DNA of 64,000 bases from Nitrospina sp. (GCA_018673915.1 JABHBK010000044.1:86940-150939); one strand, 5' to 3'; shown: positions 23,516 to 32,192, counted from the stretch's first letter. Made by a program: numbers and translations. The notes: a model not told the origin generated them from the sequence alone.

Positions 23516-23719
23516 CTAAACTCCGCCGCCAACAGCGTGTACAATTTCGACTTGGTCGTTTTCCTGAATCTGAGTTGTTGCGTGTCTGGACTTGGGAATG
23601 ACCTGTTTGTTCAGAGCCATAGCAAAATGAGGGGCCTGAATATCCAGTTCGCGGGCCAAATCCTCAAGATTCTGGCTTTTCAAGATTTCCCGGTCTTCGC
23701 CATTTATGATCAGTTTCAA
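23516..23719 (-). CDS. thiS: sulfur-carrier protein ThiS
   Basis: 67 aa, first gene after the TPP riboswitch. It has a ubiquitin-like ThiS pattern ending VEIVHAVGGGV, with one residue after the Gly-Gly. Confidence 0.85.
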   Translation of the reverse strand: MKLIINGEDREILKSQNLEDLARELDIQAPHFAMALNKQVIPKSRHATTQIQENDQVEIVHAVGGGV

Positions 23720-23832
23720 GAGGATTTCTCCAAAAAAACAGGCAAGGTTTAGCCCGTATTAGCCGTTAAATCAATAAGACAAAACAAAAATCGCGGATCA
23801 AACCCAAGCGGGGTTCAAGGTCTTGAGGGCAT

Positions 23833-23868
23833 AAAAAAAGCCGCATCCCGACCTTCAGGAAATGCAGC
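23833..23868 (-). terminator. riboswitch expression-platform terminator
   Basis: Minus strand reads gctgcat-ttcctgaaggtcggg-atgcggc followed by ttttttt. This is a 7-bp stem (one G-U pair) between the TPP aptamer and thiS. Confidence 0.65.
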
Positions 23869-23886
23869 GTATCTTTTCAGATGGCC

Positions 23887-23969
23887 TCACTTCCCTTCGC
23901 TGGCATGATCCAGATCAGGTTCAAAGGGTCGTCCCATGCAGGACTCTCAGTTAAAAACGCCCCCAGTGA
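23887..23969 (-). promoter_or_regulatory. TPP (THI-box) riboswitch aptamer
   Basis: Minus strand reads tcactgggggcgtttttaactgagagtcctgcatgggacgaccctttgaacctgatctggatcatgccagcgaagggaagtga. It contains the CUGAGA and ACCUGAUCUGGAUNAUGCCAGCGNAGGGA cores and a P1 stem tcact/agtga. It sits upstream of thiSGEC. Confidence 0.9.
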
Positions 23970-24051
23970 TCGTGTCGAGTCTAGATTATTTCATATTTTC
24001 CACAAGTCAAGAATAATTGACGTGAAACTAAAAAAGAGTACTATTCACATT

Positions 24052-25257
24052 ATGCTTTTAATACCCCTAATCCGCATTTTTCTAGTGATTCTCCTGATAG
24101 GGTTTGCCGGTTGTGCTACCAGCTCTGCACCTATAAACCCCTATTTTGAAATGCCGCCTGACCGCTTGCCGAAAGCGGAGCAGGAACTGTTTAACCGTGC
24201 TCTGGACTCACTTAAAAAAAATCACCCTGATGACTCAATCAATCTCTGGAAACGGTTTCTGGGAAACAACCCGAGGTCGTTCAAGGGATATAACAATCTG
24301 GGCATGGCTCATTACTCTAATGACCAGTTAGGGGAGTCTATTAATGCATTTGAAACTGCCTTGGCTCTGGAACCATTTGATCTAAGAATAAAGGATAATC
24401 TGAAAAGATCCTTAAGATTCCAGGTCACCATCCAGCAGGAAAATAAGGAGTATGAAGAAGCCATTCAGCAACTTGAAAGGGTGAAAGAGCTTACCGCTCT
24501 TCCGGGAAAAGAGAAAGTGGCCCTGGAAATAGAAACCCTCCAGGATCTTATTTTCGAGCAGGTAAAACAAGCAGACACGTTGGAGCAATATGAGGCGTTT
24601 CTAAAAAAATATCCCAACAACCCGTTAAATGCTGATGAAGCCAGGCGTCAAATTACCAAATTGAAGCCGCAAGAATCTCCAATGGGAGAGTTTCCGGATA
24701 TGCAGGATGAATTATTGCCCGTCCCCGGAGAAAGACCCACCCGGTCTTCTATGCAGGAGAACTTCGTGTCAGAGCCTTTTATTGCTGAAACGACTGAACC
24801 CGCTTCTCCACCTATCCAAAAAGAAACGATAGAAATTGTTGCGGAGACCCAGAAACCTGCTGAGGAAGAAGAAATACCCTTAGATATACAGGATGAGGTG
24901 GAGGATCCCGTGATGGAAGAAGTCACGGAAACGCCGAAGCCAGAAGCTATGAAACGTCCCAAACAGGCAGAGCCTATGACCCAGCCCGTTATGGACCCAG
25001 GCATGGAAATGAAGCGAGAACAACCTGCTATGGTCAGTCCGTCGAAACCCATGCCAACAAAACGGGTGCGCATTATGACCCGAAAAACCCCACTTAGAGT
25101 GCGGGAGATGCCAGATAGCAAATCCCCAGTGGTGGCACAGATTCCCAAAGGTTCGGTCGTGCCAGTATTTCAGGATAAAAAAGACTGGTACCTGATTGAA
25201 TACCAAAAGGGCAAAAAGGGCTGGATCGCTAAAAAGTATTCCAAACAGGAACCTTGA
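24052..25257 (+). CDS. lipoprotein with TPR region, acidic Pro/Glu-rich linker and C-terminal SH3b-like domain
   Basis: MLLIPLIRIFLVILLIGFAGC has a lipobox. The C-terminus is RVRIMTRKTPLRVREMPDSKSPVVAQIPKGSVVPVFQDKKDWYLIEY. The ORF-track start at 23881 would run through the riboswitch on the opposite strand, so I used the ATG at 24052. Confidence 0.7.
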   Translation: MLLIPLIRIFLVILLIGFAGCATSSAPINPYFEMPPDRLPKAEQELFNRALDSLKKNHPDDSINLWKRFLGNNPRSFKGYNNLGMAHYSNDQLGESINAFETALALEPFDLRIKDNLKRSLRFQVTIQQENKEYEEAIQQLERVKELTALPGKEKVALEIETLQDLIFEQVKQADTLEQYEAFLKKYPNNPLNADEARRQITKLKPQESPMGEFPDMQDELLPVPGERPTRSSMQENFVSEPFIAETTEPASPPIQKETIEIVAETQKPAEEEEIPLDIQDEVEDPVMEEVTETPKPEAMKRPKQAEPMTQPVMDPGMEMKREQPAMVSPSKPMPTKRVRIMTRKTPLRVREMPDSKSPVVAQIPKGSVVPVFQDKKDWYLIEYQKGKKGWIAKKYSKQEP

Positions 25258-25258
25258 C

Positions 25259-25389
25259 GTTCCAGAACCGCAAACGGTTTCCCTCAGTTTATTAACTATC
25301 GCTCACCAGCACATTCTCTGATCTGAAGGACGTAGCCTTGCCTCCCTCGCTAGAGGGTGATATCATTGAATAATAGCGGATTCTGGAAC
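25259..25389. repeat. MITE-like element with terminal inverted repeats
   Basis: gttccagaaccgc (25259-25271) pairs with gcggattctggaac (25376-25389), whose reverse complement is gttccagaatccgc. The element encloses the cttgcctccctcgctagagggtga module. Confidence 0.5.
25337..25360. repeat. CTTGCCTCCCTCGCTAGAGGGTGA module
   Basis: The 17-mer ccctcgctagagggtga (25344-25360) is identical to 34120-34136. The cttgcctccc prefix is shared with 55351-55376. Confidence 0.8.
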
Positions 25390-25430
25390 CCGCCTATTTC
25401 CTTTAACTATAAAACCAAGAAGTTGGCGCT

Positions 25431-25874
25431 ATGGCCCAACCGATAAAGTTATCCGTTCCCAGTGACCCGAAATATCTGGGGTTGATCCGTAAGGTTTTGC
25501 AGGAACTGTTAGACAGTCATGACGTCCCTGCTGATACGGCTCGTCGTCTTATTCTTTGTGTGGATGAGGCTTGTGCAAATGTTATCAAACATAGTTATGA
25601 GGGTCCTTGTGATGAGCCTATCGAAGCGACCTTTACCATCGAGGGAGATGACTTCAAGGTTCAAATTCGCGACTATGGCAAACAATGCGACACCAGTCAG
25701 ATAAAACCGCGCTGCCTGGATAAGGTGGCGCCAGGCGGACTGGGTACGCATTTTATAAATGAAATTATGGACGAGGTCAGCTATTGCACCAACCGAGCAA
25801 AAGGCACTTTGTTGACTATGATAAAAAAATTGAAATCTGAGCTGACATCAGCACAAGACAAGGACAAGGGGTAG
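25431..25874 (+). CDS. anti-sigma-type serine kinase (RsbW/SpoIIAB-like, HATPase_c)
   Basis: 147 aa with N-box-like DEACANVIKHSY and G-box-like APGGLGTHFINEIMDEV. It is followed 2 nt later by a STAS gene. Confidence 0.8.
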   Translation: MAQPIKLSVPSDPKYLGLIRKVLQELLDSHDVPADTARRLILCVDEACANVIKHSYEGPCDEPIEATFTIEGDDFKVQIRDYGKQCDTSQIKPRCLDKVAPGGLGTHFINEIMDEVSYCTNRAKGTLLTMIKKLKSELTSAQDKDKG

Positions 25875-25876
25875 AC

Positions 25877-26212
25877 ATGGGAATTGATTTGCAGTTGGAT
25901 AAGGGCGAAGATTCGGTAACTGTTACAGTCAGCGGCGATATTGACATGAGCTCTTCGACCAAAATGCGAGACGTTTTGACTCCACTCTTTCAAAAAGACA
26001 ATAAGGTCATTGTTGTGGATTTGTCGGGAGTGGGATACATGGATAGCTCAGGAATTGCAACGCTTGTTGAGGGATTGCAATGGAGCCACAATAGCAAAAA
26101 TAAATTTCGCCTTGCGGCTTTGAGTCCCGGCGTTAAGGACGTGTTTGAGATTGCACGTCTGCTAACTGTATTTGAAGTTTTCGATACCAAAGAACAAGCC
26201 CTGGTCGGTTAA
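25877..26212 (+). CDS. STAS-domain protein (anti-sigma-factor antagonist type)
   Basis: 111 aa. VVDLSGVGYMDSSGIATLVEGL carries the DSSG phospho-acceptor context of the SpoIIAA/RsbV family. Confidence 0.85.
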   Translation: MGIDLQLDKGEDSVTVTVSGDIDMSSSTKMRDVLTPLFQKDNKVIVVDLSGVGYMDSSGIATLVEGLQWSHNSKNKFRLAALSPGVKDVFEIARLLTVFEVFDTKEQALVG

Positions 26213-26368
26213 CCGGCAATAGGCCCGAGCTCTTTTAGAGCGCGCGATGAGTGACTGATATTTTTCTAGAAGAGAGTTCGTGCGCGAATAATAGATCATA
26301 GGTTCCGGCTTGATGTGGGTCCATTTTGCGTTTTTCCCATTTCCTCCCACGGAGCGGGTAACAATTTC

Positions 26369-27187
26369 ATGGTTAGATCATTTTTTGGGTTTATTGGGAG
26401 AAGAGGATTCGAATTTGCGGGCGTCTTTGAAAATTTTTTCAAGGAAATCAGCGGATTATATTATCTCACCCGCGCTACTTTATATTGCACTTTCATAGAA
26501 CCCCTACGCGGCAAACCCAATAAATGGCGTCCTGTGTGGACACAGATGGAAGAGGTTGGGGTCAAGTCCACCACCATTGTTTTTCTAGTATCGTTTCTGA
26601 TCGGGGTTATCCTTGCGTTTCAATCCGCGCACCAATTGAGCCGGTTGGGTGCGCTGGAGTTTGTCGGTGCTTTGGTGGGGGTTGCCATTTTGCGTGAGCT
26701 GGGGCCTTTGATGACCGCACTGGTCATGTCTGGTCGGGTTGGAGCCGCGTTCACCGCCGAAATGGGAACAATGAAAGTATCCGATGAGGTGCTGGCGCTT
26801 GAGATCATGGCGTTGAATCCGGTAAAGTTTTTAATCACTCCCCGGTTTCTGGCTCTGTTAATCATGCTTCCGTGTTTGACCATCATGGCAGACCTGATGG
26901 GAATTCTGGGCGGATTCTTGATTGGTACGACCACGTTGGGAATTGATCCTGTGACGTACATCAACAACTCCCTGGATGCAATGGTGATTAAAGATGTTGT
27001 GACCGGGCTGGTCAAGAGCGTAGTGTTCGCGGTAATCATTGTTATGGTGGGAAGTTATATGGCCTTCATTATTGAAGGTGGGGCAGAAATGGTCGGACAG
27101 AACACCCGTACGGCAGTGGTGGTCTCGATGATTTTGGTGATCATTGCTGACCTGATATTTACATCCTTATTTTTCTTTGTGCTCTGA
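26369..27187 (+). CDS. mlaE: ABC transporter permease, MlaE family
   Basis: Polytopic permease with the EEVGVKSTTIVFLVSFLIGVILAFQ block. The ATG at 26369 is preferred over 26315, with a GGAG about 14 nt upstream. Confidence 0.85.
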   Translation: MVRSFFGFIGRRGFEFAGVFENFFKEISGLYYLTRATLYCTFIEPLRGKPNKWRPVWTQMEEVGVKSTTIVFLVSFLIGVILAFQSAHQLSRLGALEFVGALVGVAILRELGPLMTALVMSGRVGAAFTAEMGTMKVSDEVLALEIMALNPVKFLITPRFLALLIMLPCLTIMADLMGILGGFLIGTTTLGIDPVTYINNSLDAMVIKDVVTGLVKSVVFAVIIVMVGSYMAFIIEGGAEMVGQNTRTAVVVSMILVIIADLIFTSLFFFVL

Positions 27188-27993
27188 TGATAAAAGTAAA
27201 TAACCTGCGAAAATCATTTGGGGAAGGCGACAAGCGCATTACAGTGCTGGAAGATTTCAATGCGCATATGGAGAAGGGGCAGATCACTTCTATCATTGGT
27301 GGCAGTGGCAGTGGCAAGAGCACGGTCCTCAAGCATTTGATAGGAGCTTATCGCCCGGACTCGGGAGAAATCTGGATCGATGGGGAAGAGGTCACTCAAC
27401 TAAAAGGTGAAGCGATTGGCAATGTCCGCAAAAAATTTGGCATCATGTTCCAGAGTGGGGCCCTGTTTAACTCCCTGACCGTTGAAGATAATGTGGCCTT
27501 ACCCATGCGGGAGCATACCGGTCTCAATGAGGCAACAATTCTCATAATGGTTAAGATGAAATTGGAGATGGTAGGACTAAGAGGGGCTGAACACCTCAAG
27601 CCTGCTCAACTTTCCGGTGGCATGGTCAAGCGTATTGCCTTGGCTCGGGCCATCGCTTTAGATCCTAAGATAGTTTTTTATGATGAACCTTCAGCGGGGC
27701 TGGATCCGATTTCAATCGGAGTGATCGATAAGTTGATCATGGATCTCAGCAAGAAAATGGGCATCACATCGGTTGTGGTTACACACGAAATTCCCAGCGC
27801 CATGCGTATTTCGGATAAAATTATAATGCTGTTCAAGGGCGAAATTATCGCCGAGGGAACACCAGAGGAAATTCGCAACAGCAACGATCAAAGAGTGATA
27901 CAGTTTATTGAAGGTAGTCCGGATGGACCCATTCCGTTCAGCAAAAGCCAGACGGATTATGGAGATGAACTTAAAGAAATGAGCCGAGTCTAA
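27187..27993 (+). CDS. mlaF: ABC transporter ATP-binding protein, MlaF family
   Basis: Walker A GGSGSGKST; signature LSGGMVKRIALARA; Walker B IVFYDEP. Its start overlaps the mlaE stop. Confidence 0.9.
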   Translation: MIKVNNLRKSFGEGDKRITVLEDFNAHMEKGQITSIIGGSGSGKSTVLKHLIGAYRPDSGEIWIDGEEVTQLKGEAIGNVRKKFGIMFQSGALFNSLTVEDNVALPMREHTGLNEATILIMVKMKLEMVGLRGAEHLKPAQLSGGMVKRIALARAIALDPKIVFYDEPSAGLDPISIGVIDKLIMDLSKKMGITSVVVTHEIPSAMRISDKIIMLFKGEIIAEGTPEEIRNSNDQRVIQFIEGSPDGPIPFSKSQTDYGDELKEMSRV

Positions 27994-27996
27994 ATT

Positions 27997-29112
27997 ATGG
28001 AATACCGTTCCTCAGAAGTTAAAGCCGGATTATTTATATTTGTCAGCATGGTGGGTTTGATCGTCATGATTTTTATGCTGGGAAATATTCAGGACTATTT
28101 CAAGCCTCGGAGGATGTTACGCATCGTGTTCAACTTTACGGGTGGAATGGAAGTGGGTGCCCCGGTACGCTATGCAGGACTAGATATTGGATCCGTGAAA
28201 GACATTGAACTGCTTGGCGATGATAAAGGGCAAGATCGGGTAGCGGTGGTGGCAGAGATCAACCCAAAGATCACCATCAAAAAGAATTCCGTGGCAATGA
28301 TCAAAACTTCCGGACTGATGGGGGGACTCTATATAGATGTGCGCCCCGGAACTCAAGGTTCACCCCCTTTAGGGAGCGATGAGGAGTTGATCGGGCAGGA
28401 CTCTTTTGAAATCGCCAAGATCGGCGATATGGCCACCGAAGTGGTGATGGAGATCCGCCGTTTTACTAAACTGACGGAAGATCTCGTAAACGATGGACGG
28501 TCTACATTGAAACATGTGCGGACCTCCCTTCATAATGTGGATAAAATATTGGCAGAAAACCGTAGATATGTCCGGGCCAATATGGAAAATGCTTTGGAAA
28601 TCTCCGATCAAGTTTCTGAAATGCTGGATAAAAACACCGGCAAACTGCAAACCACACTCGACCATGTTGCATCGGTTTCGAAAAGAACCGACAAGCTATT
28701 CACCGATAAGGATGTAGAAATCCGCGAAATTGTCCATCAGATGAATAATTTAACGCGGGAAATGGAAGTCCTGCTTGCTGATACCCGACCCGGTGTAACC
28801 AGCTTGATCAATAGCATGGAAACCAATGCGCAGGATATCACTACCGATATCAATCGTACCGCAACCAGCGTTGAAGAGACCTTGGATCAAGGCAATTCAA
28901 TCATGGTGGAGAACCGCAGAAATCTGCTTCTACTTCTACAGAACATGAACGAAACATCGCGGAATCTGAAATCCCTCACTGAAGACTTGAAACGGAACCC
29001 GTGGAAACTGGTCCGGAAATCGGATGAAATCCCTCCTTCACCTGAACAAGCAACCACTCCTGGACAGCCCAATGTCCGCATGAAGCGACTGGATAAGGTA
29101 TCCGGCAATTAG
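27997..29112 (+). CDS. mlaD: MCE-domain protein, MlaD family, with long helical C-terminal extension
   Basis: N-terminal TM segment, then an MCE fold region (FNFTGGMEVGAPVRYAGLDIGSVKDIEL). About 200 aa of helical sequence follow. Confidence 0.8.
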   Translation: MEYRSSEVKAGLFIFVSMVGLIVMIFMLGNIQDYFKPRRMLRIVFNFTGGMEVGAPVRYAGLDIGSVKDIELLGDDKGQDRVAVVAEINPKITIKKNSVAMIKTSGLMGGLYIDVRPGTQGSPPLGSDEELIGQDSFEIAKIGDMATEVVMEIRRFTKLTEDLVNDGRSTLKHVRTSLHNVDKILAENRRYVRANMENALEISDQVSEMLDKNTGKLQTTLDHVASVSKRTDKLFTDKDVEIREIVHQMNNLTREMEVLLADTRPGVTSLINSMETNAQDITTDINRTATSVEETLDQGNSIMVENRRNLLLLLQNMNETSRNLKSLTEDLKRNPWKLVRKSDEIPPSPEQATTPGQPNVRMKRLDKVSGN

Positions 29113-29115
29113 ACC

Positions 29116-30018
29116 ATGATGATTAAAAATATATTTCCGAATATAATTGGAGTTTTGGTGGCCACGATTTTTTTTGGTTGCGCCAATGTCCCAACTCCCA
29201 TCGATAGTCATTTCAACAAGGGGGTTGAGTATTATGACAATAAGGATCTGGCGAAAGCTATTGAAGAATATAAGCTGGCACTTCGGCAAAACCCTAATGA
29301 CACATTTGCCATGTATAACCTGGCTGTTTTGTACCAGGACCAGGACAAGACAGATCAAGCTGAAAACTTGTATGGCGATGTCCTGAAGATTACCGAGGAC
29401 TCTTTCAGCCGCATTAATTTGGCAGGGATTTATTACAATAAGGGAAATAATGATGAGGCATTCCGGCAACTTGAAACTGCGGCAAATAAAAACCCAGACT
29501 CTGCTCATCCTCTGAGTGTTTTGGGGGAATATAAAGAGCAGGAAGGAAAGCTTGCCGAAGCGGAGCAGCATTACTTGAAGGCATTGAGTATTGATAACCG
29601 ACATGCACTCACTCACTACCGACTAGGGCGGTTACACCTCAAGCGAGAGAAATTGACTCAGGGTATTGAGCACTTGAAACAAGCCATTGATCTGGAGGCA
29701 GAAAACCCTGCCTATCTGGAAGCTCTGGGGGCAGAGTATGAACGGTCGGGAGATTATCTTGAGGCAGTAAACTTTTTTGAAAGGGTTTCGGTTCTGGAGC
29801 GGGACCGGCTGGAGATTTATGTCAAACTCGGAGACTTGTATAAGAAGAAGTCAATGTACAGAGAAGCTCTCTCCCGCTATTGGTCTGCCCTGGCCCTTAA
29901 AAAGGACGACCCTTATATTCATCGAAGCGTTCTGGAAATTTATAAAATTCTTTCAGAACAAGAAATTGAGAAGTTGAAAACTTTGGAGGGGCAGAGCTCT
30001 TTTGCCCGCAATCCCTAG
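29116..30018 (+). CDS. TPR-repeat lipoprotein
   Basis: Signal plus FFGC lipobox. It has repeated TPR units (AIEEYKLALRQNPND, AEQHYLKALSIDNRH and others). It starts 3 nt after mlaD. Confidence 0.75.
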   Translation: MMIKNIFPNIIGVLVATIFFGCANVPTPIDSHFNKGVEYYDNKDLAKAIEEYKLALRQNPNDTFAMYNLAVLYQDQDKTDQAENLYGDVLKITEDSFSRINLAGIYYNKGNNDEAFRQLETAANKNPDSAHPLSVLGEYKEQEGKLAEAEQHYLKALSIDNRHALTHYRLGRLHLKREKLTQGIEHLKQAIDLEAENPAYLEALGAEYERSGDYLEAVNFFERVSVLERDRLEIYVKLGDLYKKKSMYREALSRYWSALALKKDDPYIHRSVLEIYKILSEQEIEKLKTLEGQSSFARNP

Positions 30019-30024
30019 CCTGGC

Positions 30025-31539
30025 ATGCACTCACGACTCCCGATTCTTTTTACGGGGTTTGCAAGCCTCCTTCTTTACATATTCCTTACCCAGCTTTCCC
30101 ACCAATTCAACTGGGGAGAAGGGTATTCTGAAAGACCCCTCCTCACTTATCTTGCCGTTTATTTTTCGCTGTGTACGCTTTATGGCTTAACCTGGTTTTT
30201 TGTGCGCAAGCATCCCGATGACCGGGGAAATTTTTGGACGATCATAGTTTTTGGCCTTTTGTTTCGTGCCGTCCTCCTCCCCTCCCAACAGATTCAGGAA
30301 GATGATGTCTACCGCTATTTGTGGGATGGAAAGGTATTCGCAAATGGAATCAATCCCTTTGAATATGCTCCTGCCGAAGTGCATAACTTCAAGGCACTGA
30401 GAATACAAAACCCGGAAGGCTATTATGAAACTTATGTTGAGCGGAACGAGCGTGAGTTGGAGCGTTTGGATACGCTAAAATGGGAATCTCCTCAATCTGT
30501 TAAATTTTTGGAGCGGGTAAACCATCCGGATGTGCCAACTATCTACCCGCCGATGGCTCAGTTTGTGTTTCGCTTGGTGCATCAGGTAAAACCCGACAGT
30601 ATTATCGCAATGCGCGCAGGATTTTTAATTTTTGATATCCTGGCGTTGGTTTTCATCATTGGAATTCTTTCCCGGCTGGGACTGGATAAAACCGGCTGCC
30701 TGATTTATTTCTGGAGTCCGCTGATAATAAAGGAAACATTCAACTCGACCCATCTGGATATCATCGGAATATCTTTGCTCTGCGGCTCCATTTATTTTTT
30801 GCTTAGACACCGCCACACTCTGGCAACCTTATTTCTGGCCTTTAGCTTTCTGGGAAAGCTGTACCCAATAATATTGCTCCCATTATTTCTTCAGGCCTAT
30901 TATGAAAAAACCATTGAGGAAGGAAAAAGCGCCTGGTCCAGTGTCTTGAGGAATAGTGTTTTATTCGTGGGGGTGGTCCTTTTGGGTTACTTGCCATTTA
31001 TGGGAATCGGGTTGCAGATGTTCGATGGGCTAAAAGCCTTCACCATGTATTGGCAAAGCAATGACAGCATATTTGCTATTCTGGTTTTCATCTTCAAAAG
31101 TGTTTCGGGCGGGCTTGCCACTGAAATGGTATTGTCTAATCCTTTGCCGATTTTTCTTAGTAAGGTTACTGTAGTCATTATTTTAGCTGGAGTATTATCC
31201 TGGTTGTTGCTTAAGGGAACCTCTCTTTTGCATCGGCCTGTAGAGTTTGTTCGCGGACTTTTCTGGCTCATGGCATTGGTCTTCCTGCTGAGTCCGGTAC
31301 AAAATTCATGGTATCTCTGTTGGGTTGTTCCATTTTTATGTGTCTTTCCTCAAAGGTCGTGGATGGTCTTAACCGGACTGATAGGGTTTTATTACCTGGA
31401 TTTCTATTTTGATTATCAGGAATTACAGGCATTTAGCCACTGGATTCCCTGGGTCGAATACCTTCCCTTTTATATTTTATTGGGCCTGGAACTTCGAGAA
31501 AGTCGAAAACAAAAGCGGACTCTAGAACAGGTGGATTAG
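30025..31539 (+). CDS. polytopic membrane protein, GT-C-type glycosyltransferase-like (DUF2029-like)
   Basis: 504 aa with more than 10 predicted TM segments. An early loop has acidic residues (QIQEDDVYRYLWDG), as in GT-C enzymes. The family assignment is from recollection only. Confidence 0.55.
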   Translation: MHSRLPILFTGFASLLLYIFLTQLSHQFNWGEGYSERPLLTYLAVYFSLCTLYGLTWFFVRKHPDDRGNFWTIIVFGLLFRAVLLPSQQIQEDDVYRYLWDGKVFANGINPFEYAPAEVHNFKALRIQNPEGYYETYVERNERELERLDTLKWESPQSVKFLERVNHPDVPTIYPPMAQFVFRLVHQVKPDSIIAMRAGFLIFDILALVFIIGILSRLGLDKTGCLIYFWSPLIIKETFNSTHLDIIGISLLCGSIYFLLRHRHTLATLFLAFSFLGKLYPIILLPLFLQAYYEKTIEEGKSAWSSVLRNSVLFVGVVLLGYLPFMGIGLQMFDGLKAFTMYWQSNDSIFAILVFIFKSVSGGLATEMVLSNPLPIFLSKVTVVIILAGVLSWLLLKGTSLLHRPVEFVRGLFWLMALVFLLSPVQNSWYLCWVVPFLCVFPQRSWMVLTGLIGFYYLDFYFDYQELQAFSHWIPWVEYLPFYILLGLELRESRKQKRTLEQVD

Positions 31540-31641
31540 CCAAAGAAACTTGAAATTTTGCCAAATAAATTATTTCTTGTTAAGATCGAAACAACAAGTT
31601 ATATTTAAAAGACTTTGGAATTAATCGATTAAAGGAAAGCA

Positions 31642-32151
31642 ATGGCAAATACAACAGTGGCAAAAATTAAAGCGATGCTTGAGGATGAAAAACAACCTCA
31701 TATGACTAATATGGATTTTTCAGGTTTGGACCTTTCGGGTTTTGATTTCAGCGAGAGGACCATCGCCGCCACAAATTTCAGCAATTGCTCTCTAAAGAAA
31801 GCAAAATTCAGCAAGGCATTTTTAGCCAAATGTAATTTCCGAAAATCAGACATGAGAAATGCCGATTTTAGTGAGGCCAATTTAAAAGAAGCTGATATGA
31901 GTTATTGTATTTTAGAGAATGCTTCGTTCAGCCGAGCCAAAATGGATGCTGCAAAAATGCCCCGAGTAAAATGTAAAAAAGCCAGCATGAGCTTTGCCTC
32001 TCTGGTCGGTTGCGATTTGCGGGAAGCTGATCTGCAAGCCGTTTCCTTTCATGGAGCTGATCTCTCTAAAGCGAATATGACCTCCGCGGATACCAAAGGT
32101 GCCAGTTTTAAAAATGCCACGTTGGATGATGTAAAAGGTTATAAGGCCTAA
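31642..32151 (+). CDS. pentapeptide-repeat protein
   Basis: Continuous A(D/N)LXX-type pentapeptides (ADFSEANLKEADMSYCILENASFSRAKMDAAKM). Confidence 0.9.
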   Translation: MANTTVAKIKAMLEDEKQPHMTNMDFSGLDLSGFDFSERTIAATNFSNCSLKKAKFSKAFLAKCNFRKSDMRNADFSEANLKEADMSYCILENASFSRAKMDAAKMPRVKCKKASMSFASLVGCDLREADLQAVSFHGADLSKANMTSADTKGASFKNATLDDVKGYKA

Positions 32152-32192
32152 ACCGTCCCTTCCAGTAAAACCTCAGATATAAAATTGAGTGG

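Noticed and set aside
23881-24051. The first 57 codons of ORF 23881-25257.
   Set aside because: They run antisense through the TPP riboswitch aptamer. A canonical lipoprotein signal peptide begins at the internal ATG at 24052.
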